A program made the position numbers and the translations under genes. A stretch of 64,000 nt of DNA, from assembly GCA_040954595.2 (NCBI GenBank), contig CM082597.2, positions 5,523,244-5,587,243 of the forward strand, in the 5' to 3' direction. The first letter of the stretch is position 1, and each line of letters starts with the position of its first letter. Of this stretch, positions 1 through 16,000 are shown in pieces. The DNA is from Balanoglossus misakiensis (lineage: Eukaryota > Animalia > Hemichordata). The notes beneath the pieces were generated by a model that saw only the letters and a program-made list of their open reading frames with translations, ran no database searches and was not told where the DNA came from.

Positions 1-513
1 AAGTCTGTTTGGTCTCGGGCGCCGCCTTTAAATTGTACGTATAACGTGTACACGCCGTCGATACCAGAACGGAAGTCTTTTGAGTGGTGCAATGATGGGA
101 GACTCGCACAATGTTACTTGCACTATATATAAACACATTAAACTATTTTTACATACATGCAGCTGCATTTGTTTGTATATATATAGTGCAAGTGTCATTC
201 TGCAAGATATACAGAAACACCGCATAAAACAACTGTATTATATGAAACTGCACTGACATAATTGCAAATTGTACATTTTGCAGTAGGAATATAGGCCTAT
301 ATTTCTATTTTCTTAACAAAAACAATGGTTGATATAACAGCGACGTGAAAACTAATTTCAGGCCGTTTTGCAGCAATTCTTAAGTTTATCCAATCTTATA
401 TATTGCTCTTTAATCATGCGATATTCACATTATTTCATCTTTTTGAAAAAATATTATATTATAATGAGAATTTTTCTTCTAAAACTAAAATTGATTTAGT
501 AGATTCCACTGAC

Positions 514-579
514 CTGACAGAATACTTTGAAGGTCTCTTCCATGTAAGCCAATGAGAAGATAATCCTAGCGTCGTGTCG
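514..579 (-). CDS. GPCR exon 6 (RHDARIIFSLAYMEETFKVFCQ)
   Basis: Acceptor cttcttgcag, donor CAG|GTCAGT; DARII motif typical of GABA-B VFT lobe 2. Confidence 0.9.
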
Positions 580-3500
580 CTGCAAGAAGCAAATGCAATC
601 ACAGAAAGTCAGAGTAATAACTTACAGACCCATGCTATGCTGCATGTATTGATTCATAAACAGTGTGCACGTATAATTGTATGTAAATTAAATTAAATTG
701 AACTTAATTTAAGGAATTTGGTTTAGCTTCTTTTTGGTTGAGATTCATATACTCTGTGAACACTCCAAAGGTATAGTCTGGTTTTTAGGTAATCAAGATT
801 GCTGCTCGCGGAAATTTAATCCAGTTGCACCTAAACAGGTAAACTTCGTTTGATTTATAAGAGCAGTCAGACAGATTGATTCAAGTCTGTGAGTAACGTT
901 ACTTAGCACTCTCTTGAGTATTCCAAGCTTATTCCGTTGTGAACGTCATGCATCTGGAAGATGTGTTTCCAGTGGCATTGACATAACAACTTTGTTCTAT
1001 TGCTAGTTATACAATTTGTCTTGTTCACTCTGCTGATGTCGTTTAACAATACAGCATTTTCCCCCAACGACACCCATAGAAATACATGATAATTTGACAT
1101 CAAAACAGGTCCATTAACCCATTGGCAAACTGATAGTCCAGTGTGAGAATTCGGAGGTGAACATGATGATATTGACATCTCGTGTTCAACAAAACCAAAT
1201 CCTGCCTATTGAGCGATATACAAAGACATGCATTAACGCCACTAACCTTTAGACTTTGAAGTTGCAAACTTGGATCGTGAGAGATTGCCTCCATTGACAG
1301 AATGTCTATATCCTCACGAGTCAGTAATTGGACCAGGTTTTTCATGTTCTGTGGTAACAAAAGTGTCAAAACAAGTTTATTTGAATACCTTCGGGCATTT
1401 CGCGGAATCCAAAACTAGAACGCTTGCAAAAGTACATTGCCGTCAATACACAGTACGTATGACTATGAGACGCGTACATATAAGTCACGCACGTTTATGT
1501 ATATTAGCATGATATCCCTTAGCAGGAAATGTCTCGATCGTTAATGATCACTTACCCACTGTTTACTTTCTTTGCCAAAACGTCCAAAATTGCCTAAGTG
1601 CATTGAATGTTGAGCTTATCTGCGTTGAATGTTTTTCCGTTTAACATACTGCTACACGTACTTTATAACATGCTCAAAGATATCTCTTATAGCGATACAT
1701 GTATGATAGCAACCTACTGCGTCATTCTACCGAATACGTTAACACTAAAGACAATCCTATATTTTGAGACGAAATTCGCGACAATTTTGTTTAGTCTAGT
1801 TGAAAATGGGCTGTGCTCACGCACTATGGCTAGTTTTATTAATGATCCGAACGTGTGCATTAAGTCCAATGTATCACAGATGCTTTTCGCAAGTAGCAGA
1901 ACACTTTAGATATTGGTAGCAAAGTAAATACGGAAAGACTGATGAGTGTGCTGATGGGAATACAAATACGAGACTTGAATGGCTGCTTTTGGAGAATGTG
2001 ATTATTTCCGAACAGAATCCAGAGTCTTTCTGAATAGAGCCTATACAGTAGACTTAGCTCTGGGGGAACAAATGCATGGACAGGAGTGCAGTGTCGTTCA
2101 GAAAAAACTCACTTGCGGTCATCTAAGAAACGATTGTCAGAATAATTGACATGTACCAAAGCTATAGTCGTCTAACGAGTCTTTACCCGAGCCACCCGGG
2201 TGCGTTTACTCCAGAGAGCCACTTAAATCACGCTGGTTTTCCGAAACACCCCGCGCGAGTTCAGAAAACGCCTCTTAACAAAGCAAATGTATAATTCGAG
2301 TGCAGGGAGTGCTGCTTGCACAGTGACAACAAAAAACCGATATTGGGTGTCAAAAGGGTCAAGAGTTTAAGCTGCCCCTTACCGACCGAAAGTACTCTAT
2401 GTCATCAAAAATAATGGCGACGCGCTTCCAGTTGAAGGACTTGATGAATTGGACTCTCGCTGGGTTCAATACATCATCCACGGGGTAGATTTGCACTGTC
2501 AGCGGGTAAACGCTCTTATCACGCAGCGACGGAGACGACGCGTAACTGATCTGTCAAATCAAGATTAACACAGCGTCAGTCGAGTTGCCCCTAGAATAGC
2601 AATAGTAAATCCGTCGGTGACGAATGTGCGCTGAAAGTGGTTGAAAAACACTCCCTAGGCAACCAAAACATTTGTGTTTTTCACACGCAAAGGTTACACT
2701 TGCTAGCAAAGTTCAATAGTGTTAGCATGTACTTGTTAAATCAATTTGTAAAGTTAAATACATTCTGTGGTGAGATCACCACCCTTGATATTCAATGCAG
2801 TTACACTGCCTCGTGTATATCGAGGTTTAACTTAATGCATTGATTCCAATAGTGAAATATACCACACATTCAGAAACTTTTAACCTTCCTTAAAACTGGG
2901 AGCTTGAATACTTCGTACTTTTGTAGCATTTTTTTTCTTTCGAAGTGTGTTACTCGGAAAGATATATTTCATTTCTTGTCCGTTGTTTCATTCCATCTTA
3001 CAATCATGGATGACTTTACAATTTAATGTGTGAAACCCAAAACAAATGAGCCGGTGATTAATTGGGCCAGCATAATATACCATATCATGCACAAAGATAT
3101 TATCTTTTTGTTATGATGTACAAATCATTCTACGCTTCCTGATGAACTGGTTTGCATGTACAGGGGCGTCCTATTCTGCAATGAATTAAGATGAATACAC
3201 AGTAGCAACAGCTTGCAGATATTGATCTTGCGAATGAAGGCCCCTGATACAAAAGCAATTCTTCAAAAATTCAAGATAATGCGAGTTTCACCATGACGCA
3301 TTCGTGTCTTTATTAATCCGCGGTAAGTGCATTGAGATCGCAGAGATTAACGTTAAATCCGTATTACTATCTTTAATTCTCGAGGAACGGTGCAACTAAT
3401 CTTCTCAAGTGTGATTGTGAAATTTTCTCTACACGACATCTTCTCATTACCTGAATGATGTTGTATTCGCTTGCCACTCGGTTGACAACAGCGGCAACTT

Positions 3501-6500
3501 TTGAAAAGGTCGGTCCGAACATGGTTGTTAGTTGAGGTTTTCGATAGATGAAATCATAAAGGATGTGCAGCCCTCTGTCCGGTAACATCTACATGAGAAA
3601 GTAATACATATCTTAACATAAATTAAAAGTAATAACTTAATATTAACTTAACAATTACTTAATTAAACTTAACAATTATTTAGTTGATCAAACACCTTTA
3701 ACAAAGTGTTTGGTGAATGTTATAAAGTTCTCTTCGTAACGTCTAGGGTGATCTTAATTTGCCGGAATAAACCTGCTTTTCAACGCAAGACGATGTTACT
3801 GAAAAAAACATTAGCTCGTTTTTAAATGACAACGTTAATATAGTTGGGTATTTTTCACGCGTAGGGTGGTGATTTATCTGTAACTTTCATATCAATTATT
3901 TAAAATTGGACGTATGGCGTTTGTAAGCGTATGGGGAAATGGGTAATGAGTCGAGTCAACTTCCAGAAATAAATCTTAGAACCTGATTGTGTTTTTTAAT
4001 CAAAATAAATCAGGGTAGGTGTAGCTTGTGAAAAATTACTTCCGGCTCCAAGCGAATTTGCTTCATATATCTCGCTGTCCGGTTCACCATCAAAAAACGT
4101 ACCGTTGACGTTGTAAGCTAAGTGACCCTATCATCAGAGGACAAAGGAGTAGGTGTTGCCTGGAAGAATTAATCACTGCCATAGCAACAGCGTTTGTGCA
4201 GAGAGTTTCATCATGTCAAGAAACGTAGCGTTGATGTTGTAAGTGAAGTGATCTCCACATACACTCTGCAAAGTGATGATGTTAAAAGCAAGGAGTATCG
4301 CTTCCTTCGTGAACAGATAAGGTCTCGGGCCAAATTCCGGGAAAATCTGATAGTTTAGTTCATCAAAATGGTAAAAAGCTAACGACACTATACTATAAGA
4401 TTCCAGAGTTCCAATTGTGGTAAAACAAGGAGTATCACTTCTTCGGTGAACAGATAACGAGAAGGGTCATATTCCGGAAAGGGGGAACTCCAGAGTCTGA
4501 TTGTGTGGTTTAATCAGAATCTAGTTCGCGTAGGTGTATATCCTGTAGGAATTTACTCCCGGCCCTCCAAGCGAGTTTGTTACAATATATCCTGTTCGTT
4601 GTCAAGGTTAACATCAGTGAAAGTAATGTGACCTGAGCATAATTTACTGTAGGTCGTTCACTTATCTGGCACAAATACGTGAGATTCGAGTCACGACTCT
4701 GACCTGATCTACTTGCATTACTTAGGTCACTCTGTTGACGCCAACGAGGTTTGACATCTAGTGTCATTGTGGACGCGCGTAATTATTCGCAACTGAAGTC
4801 CTAGAGAACTGTAGAACACCGATAGACCATATTCCGAACTCCTCGAGACCAAGCGAGATCTGCCTGGCTAGGCAGTTTATATGGGAGGACATTCTCGTAT
4901 GACACAGGGCAAACAACACATGATCAATCGTCTTAAACGGGACAAAACTAAAATATTCGCCAAACACCTATTCTAGTTTCATACAGAGTTTGACTTGTAT
5001 GATTTGCCTGGCAAACCGTTGCTACGGGAATTAACCAAGTCTCGCGAGATCTCGCACGAGCGGAACGTTATCTATTGGTAACTTCCAATCATTTAATTAG
5101 TTTATAATACTATGAATCTATTGTACAAACTATCGGAAAAAACTGAAAAGAATCGTTTAAATGGGCAGTGATAACTTTGCGTTTTGTTTTTTATTATAAG
5201 AGATTAGAGTTGTGTGCCACAGAAATCAGAGGTTAGAACTCACCACGGCATGTATGCCATAAACAAATTTACGCCAAATTCATTGTAATGCCTATAGGAA
5301 GAGTGTAATTCAACTTATGATATGGGTCAAGCATGTTTTGTTCGAGGCATCCAATTCAACACCTAGAATACAGTAGTATTGAATTAAACGCTTTAGAACT
5401 ATACGGCAATACATATCACGTGGGCTCATTGTCAAGACTGTTACTACCTTAATGTGTTCCGCTTTCGGGCGTGTTTGTCATAATTCTGCCATTAAATCTA
5501 ACTCGATCGTATAAGTAAGCAAATTAGGTTTTACCGTCGGTTTTGCCGAAGTACTGAGAGTAATTTTTTACGAGTTGAAAGGATGCTTGAGTTAATATCC
5601 TCTCGAATGAGAAATTAATGCGTCGCAATGCTCGTTCAGTATCTGTGTGTCACCTGTAATGTCTTTAATTGGTTTTAGTCGATTACTTAGCCAAACTACA
5701 CGATTGAAAAGCACTGCTACAATTTTCATTAGTACAATATAATGCAATGAATGCCGGTTTCCTTGCTAACGATCGAGTTAGATTTAATGGCTGAATTATG
5801 AGAAATACGCACGAAAGTTTTTATGTTGTGCGTACATGACTGTTTGTTTGAATATATGTGGCAAATAGCCTGAAATAAAGGCATGATGATACATGTGATG
5901 ATTTTGTTAATTTTACGTGCACATGAAGACCTATAGTATTAGCACGGCGTAAAGGAGTTATGTGATAGCATATGCGGTATATGGGGCACATCTTACAATG
6001 CTGGCCGTGGGGTTGTGGCCTGACTATTGTATTGTATAAGCAGCAATCAGGGTTTATATTTACCATCGTGTGTTTAATTGCCTCAATGAATCAAGACAGC
6101 ATCGAACTATACACCCTCCTTTGGGGGACATTCCCATAACGATTATTATTTGGGAAAGCTCTTGGGTTAACACGACGCAATTGTCCCTATAAACTTAATT
6201 TGACTGTTAACGTTACTGTCAGGAAGGAAGGCACGTTTCCATTGTAAGTACAAGAAATCAAACCAAATAGGTTTAATGCTCAGCAATCGTGCAGGGTATT
6301 GGGAAACAATTTGCTCGCAGAAGCTTGTTCGCGTCTAATTTACGAGTTATATGAAAGAGTGCCATGAATAAATAAAATGGTATTGAAGAAAGAAATTATT
6401 CTATCAAGCTAATGTTCTAGCCAATTGTCGAGACGTAACCTGATAATCGACGATAGCTATCTGCAAAGTACGCGAGAAAATAAAATAATCAGTCCTCTAT

Positions 6501-6998
6501 TTTTTTTCAAATGCAACAAAATATTAAACGGATTCATGGCTTCTTACAAACATTATGCTGTCAATTTTAATGGAATTATCCGTACATATGCAACGGGGTG
6601 ACCGCATATTATCCCATTGATGAATTGTTGGTTGAATGGATGGATGCAAGGATGTACGAGGGACGGATGAGCGGGCAGTAAGGTACATATCAAGCATATC
6701 GATCATATGCTAGTTCATTAAAAACATCAGAAACACACAGTTTTCCTTTTACTTCAGTTAATCTGTTTCATGAAGACTAATAGGTTTAACAGAGAATGGA
6801 GGGACGACAACTAAATAAATAAATATAAGACCTTAAACAATGTATAAGAAATAACGGTTTCATTATAAACTAAAGAATGATGTAGCGCCTGCTCAAATTG
6901 TGGGTCCCATCGTTAACATGAAATTTTACTTGTAAATTGATGGACCGACAGGCAAACGTATAAACAAACCAACCAACCAACCAACAATAAACAACAAA

Positions 6999-7057
<59 letters not shown>

Positions 7058-10000
7058 ACAAGAGAACAAAGAGGCAACATACAAACAAAAAAGCAAATAA
7101 ACTAACTAATAAACAACAAATAGTTGGAATTACAAACAAACAAACAAACAAATAAGCAAAATGGACAGACAGACAAACAAACAAACACACTTATAAATAA
7201 ACTGACTAACTAACACACAGATACACTTTTGGCAAATACGAAATGGGTTGGTATGAATTGGACCCTATGTGAAACACTCACTAATTGGCAGATACCACTT
7301 ATGACATCACCCTATTTGAAATGGAATCTCTCGATTCTTTCCTTTTTGTTAAACATGCGATATAACTGAGGAAGAAACTCCCTCTAATTGGTTGTGTGAA
7401 AGTACCGTGACCCTGATTGCGGCAAAAGTGTGATCACGTTGCACTCATTAGACACCGACTTCAATTTTTTAGCAAACGCAGAACCATTACATGACAATCA
7501 TAAGCGACTGCAAAGTCCTTTCGTTCGTGTCCCCTTGAAAGTTTGCTGTGACCACGTGCCTTGATTTGCCGCCGTCTTGTAATTAACCACGTCTAGTGTT
7601 CAAAACCTTAATCTGGTGACGATTTTTAACATTCGTAAAGTCCTTTTCAGATATCAGCTCCGCCGCGTTTACATGCACACCGATACTGAGCCGCGCCACC
7701 GATGCCATATTATATCTAGTCCACACAAGCCTATCATTAGTCTGCCAACGTGCCATGGATCATGCCAAGAATATTAAGTCTTATTACATTCGGTGGAGTC
7801 TATTATAATTCTGTATCAGAGATGTCGACAATTACCTTGCGGGTTTCCCAGGGATACGTCAACCCGTGGAAACATCTGTTTGTCATCGTTTAATGTCATT
7901 TTGTAAAACGACGGCGTCTTTTATTGCCAGAAATCAGGCCTTACTCAAAATTCGAAGTCACGGCGCTGCGCTCAATAGCGTGTGTCGCTATTAGGTCGGA
8001 GACTCACAACGTGCCGCTGCAGATACAATTCAAGGTTTTAAGTACACAAGCGGCATTTCATAGAGCATGATGCCGATAGTAATTCAGAGATTTTCCCCGA
8101 TGTGTTCCGTTTGAAGCAAAATCAAACAGCCATAGTAGCATCAATCCCCAAATACTTACATAATCACCAATCTTGTAACATTTGATGATTTATTTGTAAT
8201 GTATGCCTTATAAACTGAACACACTTGTATCTAGAGTTTGTTTTTTGCAAAACAGGAAATGTTTTGGCATGTTCAGACTTGCATTAAAGCCTCTAGTGTA
8301 ACACGTCACACCTAAGCAGTTGAATGATGTAAACAACCTTGGATTGTGTCCCAGATTCAATGAATTAGTCCATAACACCTCTTCACAACTAATGGAACAT
8401 AGGCCTATGCCAAGAACCATTGGAATCTTTGAAATGACTAAACACACAGTTCGATAGCATGTAGACTTGATACATTTGAAGCATGTGGTCGACATACCTC
8501 TCTGCGAGTGTTTAATACGACAAGGAAGACTGCCGTTTTTTTCATTTTATCTAAAAATTACCAAGTTAGCAAGTAGTGGTTTTATTCAATTTAAGGGTTA
8601 TGGAGCATATTTTTCCCACCGTTAATCGCCTGCCTTCCCTGATAACAAACAACACTTTATGGTATTACTGATTTTACCTGAGAAGCTTAATGATTGGACT
8701 CAATTAGCTTAGTAGACGGAATACATTGGACAGGAAACAAGTTTCTGAAATATTTGTATTTATTCAAAATAACATGTCTCATTTCCCACACATATTCTGG
8801 ATAGGTTATGACACACAAACCAGTAAACTCGGTATTAGGGACTGCAAAGTTACAAGACTGTGTTCAAGTGCTGCATTGAGAAGAAACGAAATGGCCATCC
8901 ATGCTTGTAAAGGAGATACTAGAGACTAGATTAACAAAGAAATAGTTCTGAATATACATATTGCCGTTGCGGCTTGTGGAAAGAGGATTACATCGGCATT
9001 TTTGTCAGAGAGATTAGCGTACAAAAGAATATCGAGTATTTGCACATTATCGGCAGTTGTCTAGTTAATTACTAGGTACACTCATGACAGGAAGACAAAC
9101 ACACGTATATGACCGACGAGAACTTCCTGACTCTCGGCTGAAAAAGAACATACAGCGACCATTACTATAATGACTTGAATAGAACAGTGATAAAATATGA
9201 TGCAAGATTTAATTTCGTTCTGACTGTTATAGTCCTCGATAGTCTGCTCGGAGATTTTCACAAATTTTCCAGCACGACTACGTGTTTTTTTGCCCTCAAA
9301 AATCTTTGTACATTTAGTCCCTATACAATTTAGGCCAGCGTGGCCTTGCCATCTGATTTTCAGCTATACCTCAGGCGAGGGTATTCTTGCAATACGAATA
9401 CAGGATAAAATATTTAACAAGTATGGCAAAGCTTTATATCAAATCCAGGGGATTTTTAAAAACCCAGGAGATGCTCCGTATGGATGGAATCATTAAAACC
9501 AGAATGACGCGAGGAGAAACAAAGCTGTTATGATTAACCTGTGGCTTTGACAGAACGAGGACACACTCCTCGAGCAACGATCTTCTACACCGTAAGCATT
9601 CTGCTCAGAAAAAGGATTAAGTGAAAATCCTGGAGGTTCACACACACCAAGCATATCATGGGATCGAAGACACAATTCAGCGAGAAAATGCCAAACGTGT
9701 TATTTTATAAACAGGACCTCAGTAGTCTATTCTTGCGTCGGATGAAGGCGTTAATGAATGCTTGTGTGTAAGCCATATTTCCTTGGCAGCCACGCCCATC
9801 TCCGAAAAAATCTGGAGTTCAAGTGCATCTATCTGCTTCAGATGTAGTTATTAACTTTTTTTGCGTTTTGGTGGTGAATCAGATGATAATTAGTGATTTT
9901 TTAAATAAAAACAAGACGTTGAACACACTGTTTTCTTCTTGACTTTCAGAGAAACTCCCCCGACACTTGAATATAGCAAAGAATTGAAGGATTTCGAGGA

Positions 10001-13000
10001 CTAAGACTTTTCTGAAAATTTGTCAACGAGGCGCGTAGGATAGACGTATAATAATTATAGAAGAATTTTCGTTTCGTCAGTTGCAAGGAATTTAAACAAT
10101 ACCGTTTACGTCACAATAATCTGGTCTTCAAGACCGTAACTCCAGTTCAAAGAACACATAAATCTGTTAGCTGATATTTGTGTGTATACTTAGGGTTACC
10201 ATATACAGCTGGTGACATTTGTATCATTTCGCTGGATCACGTCAAACAATACATCCAATTCCAATATTCGTGATGCGTTGCTAAGTATCTCTCTGCGAAA
10301 GACGTACACACATCAAACCAGTAATTAGTTTCTTAGAGTTTACAATAGCATCGCCGAATAAAAGTTGCCCTTCTTTTGATAGGTCTGGAACATACGTTCG
10401 CTTGAACAACAGGCATAACTGTGGAATTTAACTAACCCAACTTCAGAGGAAAGTGATTATTTTCCTGGGGGACAAGTGGATCTGACGTTACCATGGTTAC
10501 GGTGGACGGCGCATATGTGCACCAGTGGATGCTCATTTCTGTTGGCATTTCAGACTTCCGAGAGGTATCAGATGTGCAACGTGAAACCCGTTGTGTTTTG
10601 TCTCGCGGGATCAGATCATATCTATTGCGCTGCAAGCGATGCAGTATTCGTATAAACTCAATTTTCTGACCAGAAATGCGCAGGAAATATTACTTGGGAA
10701 TGGAGATCGTTTCGAGAATCGCAATTTTGCGGCCAGATAACGCGATTTTGTGTTTTCGTGTGAGTAGCTCACGATTGTCATAAAGTAAGCGTAGCAGGGT
10801 TTCGCGTGCAGATTCAGGCCTGCAGTCAATTGATACACGTTAGAATGGGCATAACGACTTCAACTGTGCGGTCATTTCGCTACGTGGATCTCGATTGATT
10901 CGTGAGTTTGTGCGATTTAACATGACATATTCCACGCATGGGTTCCACGCTAACGATCTCGGAATATTGCCCCAAAACTTCACTGGCAGCCCATTTTACG
11001 CTGTTGTGCAAAAGGGGGAAAATACTGCCCACACAGTTGGGATGCCAAAGGACCGTGATCGCACGGAACCAAGCACTAGGATTTTCTGTGCGATGGTATG
11101 GATGAATAACGAGCTAATTTCGGTAGTTGTATTATACAGGGAACAATTACACAGTTAGGACTTTAGCAGTAAATGATCACTTCTAAGTTACATATTCCTA
11201 TATATATGGTCAATCCTATATTGGCTATCTTTCAATTTGTCATGGTAAGAATGGTAAAGTTGTAAAGTGGGTGGGTGGGTCGGTGGGGATTGAGTGAGTG
11301 AGTAGTTTCATTTAATATATAATAAAGTCATATGTTGGACATTCTAGTCCTCGAATTAAAATAAGTAACGTTTAAATCTTGTATCAGGTCAAGAAGCGAT
11401 GTTGGCTGTAAAAAATAGACAGCTTTACTATCTAAACAAACGCGTATTTATAATGCTCCTTATAGTTAAGGGTTAATAATAGCGAGCGCACCAAGTATGC
11501 AATAATCACACTTATGACATCGCTGGCATACGAACATAATAAAGGCATCGGTATGGGTGACAAGTTGTGAGCGTGGCATTTATGAATTATGTATTGCAGG
11601 AAAGGTTAGATGAAGAATTTGCACAGAATTATAACTCAGATGGCGTTAATGTCAGAGTTTAGAGCGCATATCTGAACGGAAGTTTTGATAGAAAGGTCGC
11701 GTGTCTTAACAAGAAAAGGTATTCGTCACAAGCGCCTTGCATGCTGAGTAGTGTTTGTCAAAATTGTGAACTTCGCAAATGTCATATCACGAGAACCGCT
11801 CTAATTACATCAGATGTGGATAGATTTCATCTTATCAGGTGCAATCTTCTTACAGTTTTCTTCAATTCAAGAACTGCTGTGTCATATGTAATTGGGAACA
11901 GTGGTTAGCCTTACGGTTTGACAGAAAGAGGCTTATAGCACGGCAAATCACATGGACTTCCCTTTGGTGTCTTCGTCAATAGACATCCGGCGTGATTTCA
12001 ATTCCATTCAAGTCTATAGGACCTCACAAAGCACTTGAAATCGCCAGGAGCGTGCGTTCTCCTTCATAAACACCCATGCACACAGTCCAACATCATAATT
12101 CTTTCTGCCTCGTCGTGTTCAATAAAGGCTATACGGAAACACGAGGCGGGATGTTTATGTAAATATTCTCACTCTTCAATTCACAGCTGCATTAACAGTT
12201 CGAGGTATAATTACGACAGTGATGTGACAAAAGTGTCCTGAAGCTGTGGATTTTCCAGATAGCCTACCGAAAGCCACCTGCTTTTATGTGATAAACTTTC
12301 CTTAACGACTTTTATTTAAATGCACAATGTATAAACGAGACCTTTATGTTCTGTTATCTGACCTAGATTATTGGCAAATGTGTAGTACATTCGCGTCTTA
12401 GCTAAATGTTCACATAGGGAAACTATGTTTTGTAATAATTTTGTTTGCGTGTTCATCTGCTGTCTGTGTCTCACTTGCTCGCCCGGTCTGGCACTCATTC
12501 ACCGTGATTTCACACTTCGTAATTTTGTTTTTCTTATATAAACCAAATCACTCGTATATGTTGCCCGATATGATCAAGTCGCCAGACTTACAAAGACCAT
12601 TGAAATTAATTTTCTGACACCGTCGATCGCGGGCTGTATCAAATAGATTGACTCTTAGATACGGTACTTTTGCGTGTAATTGTGGACACCCCACAAGGTT
12701 TTAGTGCCGATTCATGGGTAATAACATTGCCATATGACGTAAGTTGACTGCAGGTGATTCGGGTTGATATGTAAATTAACTAAAACAAGATGTAATGGAA
12801 TGATAATCAATTGATACTATACCTAATAATGATTGACTCAGGGTTGAATGTTTCACGATGACTACATCAGTAAACACTACTCATTTCTCTTTCTGTCTCT
12901 GTCTGTCACTTTGATTCTGTCTGTCTGTCTGTCTTCTTGTCTCTGATGCCTCTGACCTTCTCTCACACTGCCAGTTATTATGATTATAGAACTAATATTT

Positions 13001-16000
13001 GCACACTACATTATTAGATCAATATATACGAATTTGTTTTTTTTTCCATTCGCAAGGATTTTATCTATAACCCGAGGTCTCAGTAACCTAATTTTAACAA
13101 CTGAGTTCGAGAGATTTCAGGGGTATATCTGCCGGGGTATTTTGCAGCACCAACCTTCTTGCTACGACAAACAACATGTTCAGAGTTCGATTACTGCAAA
13201 AGTTACTACTACTACTTCTACTTCCACTACATAATTGATGACTAACTGTAGCTACAGGATAGACATTTAAAATTTTATTGCCTGATCTGAACAGCTGTTC
13301 TAGATATGCAAGTAACTTGAGTTATCGGGATCAGAAGAATTATTGAACTGACTACACACTCTTCTAAAAACTATAAATCGTCGATAGTATATAGCCCAGG
13401 GCATTGAATACAAGGTATTTCTCAATAACCCTTGCTTTTTCAGATCATATTAACTTCTATCAGCATATTATTAGTGTGCACCTATGTTAAGATGTATTTT
13501 AGATAGCTATATTAGGCCTAAAGATGGTTTAGATAGATGATTTTTTAGCAAATAACATTTCTCAAAATTTAAAGAAGGGTTATACAAATTGCTCGTTTGG
13601 TACTAAATTACCTACTTTAGAAATTTGTTGATGGAAAAAGATTATTTCGTCTATTTTCATAATTAACGCATTTACAGTGGTGTGAATGACTCAGCCAGAT
13701 TAGAAAGAAAAAAACCCAAAATAAACGTGAATATGGTTATTTCCTTTTTGTACATAAGACATTACAACTATTAGTTAGCAGAATCGTCAACTAATAGAAA
13801 AACAAGTTTACTGAGGATACGTGTTTCTCGCACTCAAGTATCGGGTTGTTGACTAACTGTTGGGGGGGGGGGGGATACGACACACAAAGTCCCCGCTGTG
13901 CTTTTGCGTGAGCGTTCTTCATTTTCATCTGCTGGCCTGCGGACATGAATTACAATTGGTTACATGAGAATACTGACGGATCGCTAAACATCCGCGCTGC
14001 AGTTCGAGGGATTAACGCTTGATTCCAAAAACCAACGTTCATTTAAAAACTGATAACGAAGTGGCGAATCCCATCAAAACAGTATTAGTTCGTCAGTTCC
14101 CAGATCAGCGTAGGACACACAATACCTTTGTGTCGATATGAATTAGGATTGTATGACAAAGAACTGACTGAAAAGCACTTACAAGATTACGGTCATGTTC
14201 GGGTCAAAACTACAAGTGATGATCGAAGAACTTGTACCCTGGTGATTTTTTACATTACTCCCTGTACCCATGGGCTTACAGAGTGCAGAGTTGATACTTG
14301 TGATTCAGGAATGTTTGTCCCTGTAGCAATTTGCGTTTTCAATACATGAAGGATTCAAAGTGGACTGGGCATAAGGTTGTATACTGTAAGGGAACATCCC
14401 TGCACTGCAAATTCTGCAAAAACAAGCCGGTTTGTACTCAAGCCATTCGGGTTTGCTGACAAGCCACCTCGTCATACTTGCCGAAACTTCGGTATTTCCA
14501 CAAGCCGCTAAATTTTCTGGTGTGTGCCAGCAAGCCAGTCAATGTTAGAAAAATGGTTTGTAAATACGCCGCTGGACAACCTGTCTGGAATGGCTTATTA
14601 TTAAGCCATTGAACAAAATCTCTGGTTTGCTCGCAAACTTTAGTGATACTTATGTCTGGCTCGAATTTGTACCATATTTAACCTTGGCTGCATTTTAAGC
14701 CGTTGGAGTTAGTGGTCGCTTTTCAAACCATAAAAAGATGTAAGTATGGTTTGAAAACACGCCATGGAAAACTTTGCCGGGATGTGGTTCATATACACGC
14801 CACGCTGGGCACAATGTCTTGCGAAATACCCTGATTTGGCGCGCGAATGCAGGGTCAAAGGTTATTTATTACACAACTACAACGTTTTGACGCGAGAGAA
14901 GACGGTCCACGGGTGAGGAAGCCGATCGAATCACGTCGTTCCCTTTATAAAATTCGTTCAGCGATTTACAATGCACTCAACCTGTTCCTAAGGTAGAACC
15001 GAAATACCATATGCGTGGATAATTACTTTGGCACCGAGCATCGTTATGGAAGGATGACATCTAATGACTTAGCAGTTGACCGCCAGCATCTACGAGACCG
15101 TAACATAGAACAATGCCGGTTGGGGTAAGTCCTGCTTCCATTCCATTTTGTGACAGTAACTGCATTTTTGCGAGCAGTGAAGATAATACAAAATTAACAG
15201 GCCCGAATCCTGTATATACTGACTTGATCATGTGTTGATGATAGCTGAAATAAGCATGTGAGAAGAAGTAATGTCAAAAGTTTGACAGCATAAAGTAGGG
15301 AGTGGGGCCCCAAAGGAATTTCATTATTCTTGCTATTTTCAGCCTCCATCCCCGTTCATTTTTGTTTATGCATTTTTGTGAGCGAAGACGATGCAAAGTA
15401 TGTCACTATTAAAAGGCCTGAATCCTTTATATACTGCATTGATCATGTGTGGATGGTTACAAAAAGTCTGAGCAAATGAAAAGAATTCTTTTAATGCAGC
15501 TCCGGAGTGGGGCCCTATAGCGCTATAGCCTAGGAATTTCACCATGCTTGCTATTGGCAGCCTACATCCCCATTCATGTTTGTTTATGCACTTTTACTAG
15601 TCAAGATAATTCAACATATGTAATAATATCTATACTGTATTGATCATTTGTAGATCGAGAGATATTTCAAATATATGAAGCTTCGAGTGGGGCTAGTGGC
15701 AGTGGAAGTCAACATTGGGGGGGGGGGGTAACCGCAATAAAAATGTTGTTTTGTGTTCCAATACTATATCAATGGATACCCATAATATTTAAATCATTGG
15801 CTGAATAAATTTTTTTTGATAAACCATGATCTCGGACCACAGGATTATTTAACCCCTGCATGCCTGCGATTTGTAACAATAATGATTCCTACTTTAATTG
15901 AACCCCAGATATTTGCATAAGAATGAAATAAATGATCTTGGTTTTGCAGGAGTGGTGATACTGGTTATGGGAAGGAGCAGTTGTTATTTTATTAGGCACC

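Noticed and set aside
6870-7190. 106-aa hydrophobic ORF resembling a membrane protein
   Set aside because: Translation of an (AAAT/AAAC)n microsatellite (LFIY repeats)
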